Origin: Thalia democratica
Lineage: Eukaryota
Length of the DNA: 64,000 nt
Reading direction: 5' to 3'
Assembly (NCBI GenBank): GCA_965202585.1
Contig: OZ241830.1
Span: 6,696,001 to 6,760,000, forward strand
Positions 40,301 through 51,821 of the stretch are shown here, piece by piece. Position 1 is the stretch's first letter. The number at the start of each line of letters is the position of its first letter. Position numbers and translations under genes: made by a program. The notes under the pieces were generated by a model. That model was given only the letters and a program-made list of their open reading frames with translations, had not been told where the DNA came from and did not search any database.

Positions 40301-43300
40301 AGATCTCCTCAGTCTTCGGGTGAAACTGTTTAAGTTTTATATTACGACAAGATAATAAACTAGTCTTTCATTAGATCCTAAAACAAACTACATATGACCG
40401 AGAGACTGATAAGTTTTAGAAATTTTAGTCTTGCCTCGCTACTTAGAAATTGTAAAAACTTTTTACAAGAACATTTCTACTTCCTCAACTCAGCAAATTA
40501 GCTCCATTTTTTAGATAGTCTTATACTAAAGCATTTTAAAAAAACTACACTTAAAAATCATTACACGAAAATAGCATTTAAGCATTTAAAAGTTTGTTGA
40601 AAAATTATAAAGAAATTTAATTTGTTTGTTACCCATTTATGGAACGACTACTAACCTGCTAGTTTCAGTAACTATAAGGTTTCTGTACTCTGATATTTCC
40701 CGATCCAGGGAAATTTTAATGTAGTTAAGCTTTTGAAATCTTACTAAAAATTCGCTCAAACTCTGCCTGGATTTAGTCAGCTGTAATCTCAACGATTCCA
40801 TTTCCTTGTAATCATATTCGTTTGTTGATTCCAGTCGAAGTTCGAGTTCTGAGATGTGCTTTTCAAGAGCCAGTTTCTGTTAAAAGTAAAAATTACTGTA
40901 AATGGTCTAAAACCATACATTAGTATTAACTCTGTTCTAAAAATTAATAAGCTAAGAAACTATTACATTTCAACAAGTTGCTTTCATTATAGTTTTGTAT
41001 TTAACTAACATCATTTCCAACGTGTCAAATAAGTGCAGCTATATCGTAAAAACAGTTGTTTATGTTAAAGTATTTTTACAAACCTTTTCTCTGAGTGGGC
41101 TCAGTTCAATTTCGATTTTGTCCAATTCGTCTTGTTTTTCTGAATTTTTCCCTTGCATCACTTCTAACTTCAATTGCAACGTTTCCAAGTGCTTCGTCAG
41201 GAAACTTACCTTCAGATTTAAATTGGAAATTTAATACAGTAGTAATTATGTGTGATATTTGAAAACGAATTAATTCATCTATAAACAATTGATAAGAAGT
41301 ACTTAAATAAGCATAATAGTTTCTCTAACTTAAAAATGCTAATTCCTAAAAAGCTAAAAATAGATCGTATTAAATTTAGTAGAACTTCCAGTTTGTTTTA
41401 TACTATTATTAGATAAATTTTAGTGCTATATAATAACATATTTTGTATGAAGTTTATCCTACGTGATTTATTAAAATCTTTTATATCTAAAAAGGGATTT
41501 CAAACCTTTTTCTTGTAGTATTTGTCAAGTTCGTTGAGATATTTAGCATTAAAAGTTTCGTATTCCCTTCTTATATTAGCAATTGATTCTTGTAAGTAAG
41601 GAGCCATAGAAGGTCTGACACCTTCCCAGATCGATGCACATTCACAAGTTAGTTCTTCTCTCAGGGTTTCGATTTCCTTTGATAAGTTAACAAGAAATAA
41701 TAACTGCTGTAATCATTTAAGTATGTATTTGCGCTATTAAAATTATTTTTACTTTTAATTAGTTACTTGCTATAGTAACAAAAAAGTTCAAACATTCTCA
41801 AAGTGGCATTTATCAAAAATAAAAGTTTTACAGCTATTTCTGCAAAACAATGTTAGTAAACAGTAATATTTTAATACTCTTGCATAAAATTTTTAGTTCT
41901 TTTTTAATTTAACTATTAGTAGATAATTTATTTTCTTGCTTTTAAAATTTTTAAAAATAGGTTGCTTTTAAAAAACCGTTTTAAAGTGCTTTTTCTGAGA
42001 AAGTTTTTCAAGTTAAAGGTATAATTTTAAATATTACCTGAAAAATAGAAACTTTTAGTTCACAGTATACAAAAATTATGTCTTTTTAATTTTTATAAAA
42101 ACTAACAGTTCTGTGAATTTCTTTTTCTTTTCCGATTTGAATTTCTAAATTTGCAATTCTTGTTTTAAATTCGTCTGCATCAATAACTGCTGCATCACTA
42201 TCCTAAAAATTTTTGAAACCATTTAACACTAATATAGTTTAAAATGTTATGCGTTTTACTTCTTAGTAAACAAATAAAGAGATTTCAACTAATAGAATAA
42301 AAATATAATATTTATTCTTTCAAGACTTTATTATACAATTAAGTTTCGGTCAAAGACCTTGTCAGTGCTGAGAAAAAATCTAAAAAGATATTTAACAGCA
42401 ATGAAGAATTGTATTTAAACAATTAGATAAAAATAAATTTTTACTTTAAACAAATTAAAATTAATCTTAAGAATAAATTTATGGTAAAGTTTAAATTTTA
42501 GTTTCGAATTTTTTTCAGGACTTTTATATGCAAACTAAGTTTCTTGTCTCGAAACTTTACCATAAATTTATCCTTAAGATTAAAATAAAAGTTGTTTTGT
42601 TTTTTTGCAAAGATTAATTTTTATTCAGTTGTTTAAACACTATTTTCCATTGTCACATATCGTTTTATATTTTTATATAAGCACTGACGGTGTCTTTGAT
42701 CGAAAATAAGTTTGCATAACAAATTTTTAAAAGAATAATATAGTTTTAGTTGTATCAAAATTGTGAATAAAAAGTTGATAGATATAAAATCAAAAATGTC
42801 AAACTGTTTTTATTACAGTTTAAGGTTACAAAGACTAAAAAAGTTATTTAACTTGAATAGAAATATTTTTTATTATTTTTAGGCTAAACATTAAGTAGTA
42901 AACTAAACCTTTGTAAGTCTATCTATTTCTCGTTTGTAAACTAGAGTCCTGTTCTTCAAAGTTCCAATTCTGAAATTATTTTCATTAAAAAAGTGTAATT
43001 TAAAAGTACTAGTCATAAGAAAGCAATACATATATATATATAAATAATAACACTGAGTAAAACTTAAGAGTTATTTCCAAACACTACAACAAACTAATAT
43101 TTTAACAAAAAGTACTTTTGAAGAATTTCTTTGACTTTGTAATCTTTATTATCTCTATCGATTTGAACTTCACTATTCAGAACTTCGAGTTCAGTTAGTT
43201 TGTTGCGCAGATTCTAAAAATAGATAAAAAGTTATACTTTTTATTTTAAGTTTGTGCTTATGGCTATCTAAAAAGATCTACAGTTTTACTTTTTGTACCT

Positions 43301-44581
43301 TGTAAGCACACATTTGTAGTTGAGTTGAAAAAATCGAAAACTTTAATCAAGTTTAGATTTTTTGTACTTTTTAGCTTTGAATTCATTTCCAAAATTTAAA
43401 CTTTTTACACAAACTCAAATTTAAATCGTGTTTGTAAATATATTTTACTAGTTTCAAATTTTTTATTCTCTAGTTTCAAACTTAACTTAACATGTTAATT
43501 TATAAGCTTTCAAAGACTTACTTTTAAGTTTTTCAGTAAATTAATTATATACATATTTCATATGTTGTTAAACTTGGAGTTTAAATGGTTTTATAAAAAC
43601 TCACTTTCAAATCATCCTTATAAATTGAGTAAAAATCTAGTTCCAAAGGTCCTTTGCTGCACTGTTTATAAAGTTTCTTGTTTTCGGCCGTCAACTTTTT
43701 TATCATCAGTTTAAGTTCGTGAACTTTGTCAATGTAAGTTGCTAGTGAGCAGTTTAAAGTTTGTAATTGTTCCCTACCTCCTACCTCTATAGTCCTAAAA
43801 GTTTTGATTAAACTAAACAACCAGTTAAATTTCTCAAATACTTTTAACATTTTTCATCATCAATGTAGTGATAAAATAATATTATTGTAAGATGTCAAAC
43901 TTACATTTAATTATAAATAGTATAAACTTATAATTTCTATTCAGTTAAAACATTTATTTGTAATAAAATAAGTAAAATATTTTAAAGTTAGAGTTTATAA
44001 GTCTAAAGTTTTAAGTTGTATCTTCTAACCAGTATCTATTTCGGCCATCATCAATAAAGTTGAGATGTTCGCGCCATCAATAATAAATAATTAATTTCAA
44101 CCAAACAACCAACAACAGCATCCGAATTTATGGAATTAGTCCTAATAAGGACGAAACCGGTCGTAGGTTGCCTCGGATGCTGTTGTTGTTGATCGTGTGG
44201 TGAAGTTAATTATTTATTATTAAGTTGATTCTTTCTAAGTCTTTATTTCGTATAGGGTTCCATAAACACAAAGTTTTGTATATAAGTTAAATAATAGTAA
44301 ACTGCTACTTGATTGCCTAAAAAACTTTATGTAGATACTGAATAGATTAAAAACAGTTATGACGTAACATACCCGCCAATAGTGGCGTCAAATTCCTCGA
44401 CGGAGTAAGTCCTGTAACTGGACGTTCTCGCTTGGAGTTGTGTTGTGGTTGCCATGGTAACTTCCTCCTGGTTGCTATGGAGTATGTCCCTGTTGCTAGG
44501 GAGCACCTCCCCACCTCCGACCCAGTAGCAGGTCGCCTCCGAGTCGGAGGAGTAGCTGTCTGAGCTGGAAGAAGATGACAT
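26519..44581 (-). CDS. Giant cytoplasmic intermediate filament protein (~4,082 aa): head, IF rod, ~3,700-aa repetitive polyampholyte tail
   Basis: 11 GT-AG exons with consistent phases: 44581-44373 (209 nt), 43794-43605 (190), 43213-43116 (98), 42969-42909 (61), 42202-42107 (96), 41676-41506 (171), 41209-41084 (126), 40876-40656 (221), 40325-40103 (223), 37616-37380 (237), 37135-26519 (10,617); total 12,249 nt. IF hallmarks: EQLQTLNCSLATYIDKV (coil 1A), LQESIANIRREYE (coil 2 start), IKISLDREISEYRNLI (rod end). Exon 9 already encodes the tail repeat motif (ETDDDVCSNSEDESEG). Confidence 0.85.
34362..36440 (-). repeat. Coding low-complexity repeat (TTEQ/TTTEQ/TTTET)n, ~690 codons
   Basis: Mixed 12- and 15-nt units (e.g. 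ACAACTGAACAA, ACAACAGAACAG), visible directly; open in frame within the giant exon. Confidence 0.97.
44076..44229 (+). ncRNA. Decayed minimal (Penelope/retrozyme-type) hammerhead ribozyme motif inside a ~50-bp-arm hairpin
   Basis: Stem II GTCC-TAATAA-GGAC (44139-44152), then GAAAC-CG-GTC (44153-44162). Stem I candidate TTTAT/GTAGG, with exactly 7 nt between stems I and II but reading GGAATTA instead of CTGANGA. Outer arms 44076-44125 and 44173-44229 are inverted repeats. Confidence 0.55.
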
Positions 44582-47500
44582 AAATGTCTAAACTACCAGC
44601 TGTATTGAAAATTGAATCGTTTGAATTTAATATGATATATATTTATACACCATATTACGTATGTCTATCACACAAACTTTGATAGTCTATCAGGATTTCT
44701 CAAACTAATTTTCAAAATTGCCTCCTTGCTAAAAATTTTAAAAATATTAGTTCTTATTTATTCGATATTGTCCTTTTACTACTTTATTACCATTTACTAT
44801 TTTTAGTCGCCGTACGCATTTGATAATATGGTCCTGGGATATTTTGATCGTTTTTTTGTCGTTCAATAGAAAAACAGTAATAAAAATAACGACAACCTTA
44901 ATTGCCCCTAAAGGAGTAAATAATATATAGCGGTATTTATTGTCTAAAACTCAACTGTAACTGTCAAGAATTGATTTACAAAAATGTAGGTATTAAGCTT
45001 TAAGCAGATACAAATTATTGAAATTTTTTTATGTGATAAATATTTACCGAGAACTTAAACTAATTTTGAATTTAAAAAGAATCATTTAGTAAGTACTTAG
45101 TTAATTATATTGGTTTTTGAACTATTTTTGGTTTTGTAGTTTAAGATTTTTTGAGTACATACTTTTGTTCGTAAATGTTGTAGTTATACAAGTTTAAATG
45201 TTTTGTATAGTTTATGTAAAGTTACTCCATCTGCTAAACAGAATTTATTGTTGTTTGTAAAACTTTTTTAATTAATAGTTTAATAAAACTTAAACAAAGC
45301 TTAATGTTTTATATTGCTCGATATGAAACTCGTACTATATAAATTGTTTAAAAATGTTTCAAGTCAAGGGATGCTTACTTTTTATTATTTACATTACAGT
45401 ATCTAATAAATTTAAAACTGAATTGAACATAACAATTGTCCAAAACTAGCAATAGTTTAAACATTTCTAAACATCAACGTATTTTGAAAAATTTAAAGCT
45501 TTGAATTCTTATATTGTTTTCAAATATAATTTACTTGTTGTGTTTTTAAACTAAAAACTAAAATAACCGATGTTTGATAAGTAAAATTTTTGTATAATTT
45601 GAAATTGAAAGTTTTTTTTGCGTGTATGAAACTATAATTTTAAAACACGTATATAAAAATGTATGCTTTATAAACTTAATTTTATCTGAATTTGACAAAT
45701 ATATTTTGCTATAAATACTTCATACAAGTTATAAACATACATTCTGAATATTTTACCCATTTCTAGAAAGCTTTATTTAAAGCTTTTTTTTGTAATTAAT
45801 TAAAAGAAAAAAGGTAACATGATAAATCTTATAGGAAGATTTCCTAATTTTTAAAACTCATTTACACCTATGAGTGGCTGTTTTGTAAAATACTTAACGA
45901 TAAATTATCTTACAATAAAAGATTAAATCAAAATTTCTAAACTGTAATTATAAAATCTAGTTTCATAGCAAGTTTGTAATAAGAAAACATTCTTTTTAGT
46001 TGATTTTATGACATTAAACTGTCGTTTTAGTTTTACTTATAATTTTAAGTAACGAAAAAAGCTTTGAAACGAAGTAACTTATCTTATACAATTAAAAAAA
46101 GTACTATAAAAACTTTAGTAAACTAAATTTTAAAGAAACTGCTTAAACAAACTCTCAGAATCTTTATAACTATTTTGAAGTGATTTTAAAACTGAAAAAT
46201 AAAAATTGCCTATTTTATTTTTTAATCTATTATAGAGTTGATAACAACTTAGCTAATCAAAGTTAAAACTTTCAACTTAAGTTTTGGTTGTTTAAGTTAT
46301 TTCACCAAGTAAAGTTTGTTTTTAAATGTTATTACTGTTAATCTAATCTTGATTCCACCATAAGAATACAATCTAACAACTAAAAAAAAAACTAGTCAAT
46401 CTACTTTGTCTACGCTAACTTTTTTGCTGTAGTTTGACTAAATACAGTGTAACTGTACTGTTTGTATATGATATAGACTAACTAAAAGTTTCAATTAAGT
46501 GAGTGGGCTCTTACTAATACATGAAATTCTCATACTCATGCATTACAAGTAAACAATAACAAATCTGTATTGCATTACTGCTTTGTAGTGTAATGAATTA
46601 CTGTTTTTTATAAATTTAAAAAAGTTATTGGTTTAAGCTTTAAAATTACAACTGTTAATCCAATTGTTTACAGTCTTTTTGTTTAAAAAAGACTAATAAA
46701 AAAACAAATCTTTGTATTTTAGTAGTAAATTTTAAGAATTATAATTTATAATATGGTTTAGATTCAACTTATTTACAACTGGTTTTAGTAAAGTAAAAGA
46801 AACAAGTTAAAAGTTATGGCTGCTACAAAATGAAAAACCAGGTATTAAATTTTCATTAACTTAATTTTAATTAACATTATTTTCGAGTGCATTAAAAGCA
46901 TATTTATACTTTTATAATTTTAATTTTTTTACCTAAAATTAGTCTGTTTGTTTTTAGCTAACACTAGCGTTTTCAAAACGTTAAAATTAAAAAGCAAATT
47001 TAAAATTCATGTACATATATTAAAAAAGTTTTTAAAACTAATAAAAAGGTTAAAAAATGATAACTTGAACAATAAATTTAAAAAAAAGAACTATATATCA
47101 AAATCTTTCGAAATTTGATTTGTTTAGACTTTGAAACTAGGTTCTACAAAAAAAAATTATTAAGATTTAAGTTCTATCAGACAATGCACTAATATTTCAA
47201 TGAACAAACGTGCTTGTAGATAACTAATTATAGAATGTTTCCTGTTGAAAAACTGCTAGACTAAACAGCGGTGAGATAGACTTAACAGTGTTTTGATAAA
47301 ATTTTAAAAACTATTTTTGGTTTAATACTAACGTAAAACTTATACTTCAAATTAGTTTTCCTAATTTAATTTCAGTAACTTTAATTTTAATCGAACATAA
47401 TCATTCTTATATAACCCAAATACTCAAGCCTCACAAAATTATCTTTATATCAAAAGCACAATAAATGTTGCTTTATGCATTAAACAGATCGATTGCAACA

Positions 47501-49015
47501 ATTTTGTATCACAAGTCGACTTTCTGTATTTATCTAAAGTTAAATGTACACAAAAACATGTTTAAGTTATTAACTTTTAAACTTATCATGCTTTTTATTA
47601 ATTACATTTTTTAATTTAATATATCACACTCGATCTTGACCAAAAAACAATGGTTTCATAATTAAGCTTTAAGATTTACAGTCAGTTAAAAATTGTTTTG
47701 TCAAAAACAAAATATCGATGTTGTAACAAAAATTTAGGTAGTTGTAATAATTCTGTTATAGAATATTATTTTTTCTAGCTAGATTTTTTTTACTTAAAAT
47801 AGTTTATTAAGTATTTTAGTTATTAAAAAAGTTAGCATTCCATTTATTTCCAGTACTAAACTTCATATTAAGTAATAAGTTTTCTAAGTTTCTAATTTGT
47901 TTAGTAATTTTAGATACGTTTGCTACATATAAATAAGTTTAACACTGTTTTGAAATGTAACTAACTGATAAAAAGTTATACAAAAAGTTTAGTTGTAAAA
48001 CTTTTTTAAATATTTCTAAAGTACTAAAAACTTTCTATACAAAAGATGTAGAAATAAAAACTGAAAAATTATTTTTATTAACTTTTTCTAAGTAAGCGAT
48101 CGTTTGTAAAAACTTACTTTTCATGTATTTCTATAACTAATCTATAATCAATATAAAACGAAGAACTTTTTTCTTAAGTATAAACAGTAAACTATTTAGT
48201 AGTTAAAGGTTTCAAGGTTCTTTTAAATTACATGACGATTATTTGAATTACAAAAATTATTTTTCTCCCAACCAAATCTTTTAAACAAAGTTGAGAAGAA
48301 TTTTTTTATTGGTAATCTATTTAAAAAAAATAGCTAGTTTTAGAACCAATACACTATTTTATAAAACTATTTCTACTAAAATAAAAATAAAGGTCACTTA
48401 ACTGGAAACTCATGGCTACATTTGTTAGTGCTCAAAAGTCCATTTGTAACTGACAAAAAATACATTTTTTTACTACAGGAGTAGGTTTTGCTTGAAAACT
48501 ATAACAACTTTTTTTGAAACCAATAAAATTTTAAAGCATATAATATTTCAAAACAAGTTAAACTGCAATTTGTCCATAAAAGTAATTAAATACCAAATTT
48601 GTAAAAAATTAATTATTTAGTTTGGCAGTTAACCACTAACTTAAATGTTTTTTTGGTAAAACAGTACTCAATTCAAAATTCCAGTATACTATGTTTTATA
48701 TGTAATATTAAAACTACATTGGTTAACTTTTTGTGTTATAGACAATCTTTTTTTAGGTAAAAATTAAATAAAAATCAAAAGCAATAGCTGATAAAATAAT
48801 AAAATATAAACTTATTAACAGAATAGTTTTTTAAATAGTATGTTTACTAGTCTGTTACAAAACAAAATGATTTTAAAATTTTACAACTAATTTGAAGCTT
48901 AAGTAAGTAAATCCAAGAATAGAATAAAAAGGATAAAAAATAATTCAAATAAACTTGTATAGTTAAAAAAGATAAAGCTTGATTATACGGTCTTAGACTT
49001 AAAGCTTACAAAATG

Positions 49016-49086
49016 TAGCAGGGGATAATTTCGATCCATCGACCTTTCGGTTATAGCCCAACACGCTTCCGCTACGCCACTCTGCT
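49016..49086 (-). pseudogene. Initiator tRNA-Met pseudogene
   Basis: Minus strand reads AGCAGAGTGGCGTAGCGGAAGCGTGTTGGGCTATAACCGAAAGGTCGATGGATCGAAATTATCCCCTGCTA, with the iMet A1:U72 pair and ATCG T-loop. The anticodon loop has lost one base (6 nt, no intact CAT), and the anticodon, T and acceptor stems carry mismatches. Confidence 0.85.
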
Positions 49087-51637
49087 CAATTATAACTAGT
49101 AAAGAATATATATACTCAAAACTCACTGTATACACTACTAATATTCGTATTTAACAGCTAGCTTGAGATAACAGTTTAGATGTCTAATTTTAGAAATACG
49201 TTTAATTTTAAACAAACATAGATTAAAACTAATTTTAATCTTCTCCATACTTACTAATTTTACAAAAACATTTTTAAATTTTACTACTAGACCTCTTAAT
49301 TTATTTATTAATTATTATTTTTTAAGTTTTCACAATCGCTCAGTGACACAAGTGTTTTTACTAATATACATTTAATAATTTAGTTAAGTTTTCTAAGTTA
49401 GTAATCGTATAAAGATAAACTACGTAATTTAAAACTAATAATAATGAAAATGAGTTCGTAAAAGGCTAATTATGAAATTGTTTCATATAGGTTAATTTAT
49501 TAATTTATATCTACCAAAGTTTGAAAAGATAAATTCAAACATTGTTGTTTTAAAGCCATTTTTAATTAAGGTGGGTATTTTATTTGTAAACTTTCGAACA
49601 ATAAGTAATATCACCTTTTAGTTTGTTAATAAAACCGTAAATGGAAAATTATAATTACTTTTACTTTATATACTTTTAGTACATTAGTTGTATATAAAAA
49701 TTAAATCTTGTTCGATGAAATTAATTTATTCAAAATGTATAGAAAACTGCATGTAAAGATTTCTATCTACTTTATAAAAAAAACATTTTTTTTTCAATTG
49801 CTTTTAATTGTTTAGAAGCCTAAAGTCTCTTTAGGTTTAAAGCAAAAATATAGTTTTGTTGCCAAATTAAAAAAAGTCACAAAAATACAAATTCTGATGT
49901 ATCAAATAAACTTAAGTAAACTTAAGTAGCCTATTATGAAAATAATTTTTGCACAAGTAAACTTATCTTTTCTCTATTTTTATTTATTCTTTTATTTTGC
50001 TTCTATGTAACTTCTTTTAAAATGATATATTTTATAAACACAGATTATTTGAAAATCGATGAAAAGGTGGTTCTTGTTTGCAAAATAGCAGAACTAATAA
50101 ATAAATTTTAACGAAGAGTGTAAACATAATTAAAGGTATAGTTTCTTTTTAAAGTTCATACTACAAGTTTTAAAGATTAAAAAAATTAAACAACTACATT
50201 AGTTAGATTTGTATACCAAAGTTTCAAGCTTTCTAATCCAGTAAAAATTAAAAAACTATCATTATTTTTTTAACGTAATATCTAACACTTTATAGCAATT
50301 AAAACTAACCTAATAAAAAAACTCTTAATTTCTACTAGAAATTTAAAAATATCTAAAAAAAACCTAATCAATTTAAATTCAAGTTTAAAAAAATATTCAA
50401 AACAATTTCGATTTAATTTACGTCGTAAAATGTAAATTTTATTTTAAATAATTTCCTAACCGTTTCTAAAAGGCCCTGATTGAAACTGAATGCTGAATTT
50501 ATGTATTGTGTAACTCCAGTTTAGGTAATTTACATTATTGTCCTTAAGCTACATAAATGATAAATGGAAAATTGCCAACATAGAAACCATGAAAAATTAA
50601 TAAAGTTTATTGCTCTATATGGAAATTCTGTTACTGTTAATGAGACTGCCTAGTCTTCTTTTCATAAAACGCTTGAATGTCAACACTTTAAAATTTGATA
50701 GATAAGACCTTTCTTAATCTAACAGTGCACAATTTTCAAAGGTATAAAAACATCAGAACTCAATCTACCATCTGCAACAAAACAAAACGTTTTCTTAAAG
50801 TCAAATGAGTGAGTTTGAGCTCATCATGTGTTGTTCCACCTGTCCTATCTTTAGATTTATTTAGAAAAAATTTACATTTTAATTAAAAAATAAAACTAAA
50901 TCTATCCAAAAAAATGCATAGTTTTATTTTTAACTAAACAAGTAAAAAATAAAAACTAATGCTAACCCTTTACTGAAAAAACCCTTGGTGACACGTTGTT
51001 TAGCAAACACTCACAAGGTAAAAATCTCAACATTAAAAACCACATAGTGTGGAAAAATATTAAAGCTTAAATCCCCAAGCAAGTACTACCAACGTTCTGA
51101 ACAAAACAACAATAACAACAATTCATTTATGATATCACTGCCACCAAAGTAATTCCACAATTAGCTGTTGAAATTTAAGTAGCGAATACCAATAAGTAGT
51201 ATACATTAAAAACAAACAACTACAAAACAACAAACTTCTGAAAGAAAAATAAAAACTAATATATTTTATTGCTAGCAATAAGTTTACACAAATTTTGATC
51301 AATATTTTAAACTTGACAAATAATTTCTCTCATAATAAAGTTTTATAAAAACAAAGTGCAACATCTGAACAAAAATGTTCTATTATATAATAAAAATAAG
51401 ATAAATAACATAAAATATTCAAACTTAATTTTGTACAAAAATCAAAAGGGAAAACAAAATATACAATTAATCTAGTTTATACACAAATGCACAAAATTAT
51501 AAGACAATAAAATTATACTCAGACATATGATTAAAAGCACTCAAGTTTTACTTCTTGTAGCAAGTTAATAGAAAATTTTTATAACCTCATTTAAACTCAT
51601 CTTTTTTAGTTCTTTTGAATTTTTTAGGATACTAGAC

Positions 51638-51821
51638 CAGGGGCCATATTAATTTTTTTTCAACTAGTTAAAAATATCAATATTCTCAAAAAACAAAAAT
51701 TAAGTTTTAGTGCTATCTTTAAAGAATAATCTATCGCCAATTTTTTTGTTCCAAAAAATTATCTTTAAATATGTTATTTTAAAGCAATTAAAAAATGTTT
51801 TTTTTGACCTGTGGACCCCTG
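51638..51821. mobile_element. hAT-like MITE (184 bp) with 8-bp TSD
   Basis: Termini caggggcca / tggacccctg; flanks tactagac and cactagac (7/8). Confidence 0.7.

Noticed and set aside
43795-43850. ORF start MLKVFEKFNWLF as the IF N-terminus
   Set aside because: This part is AT-rich intron-like sequence ending in aaaacttttag, a phase-2 acceptor matching the phase-2 donor of the GC-rich exon 44581-44373.
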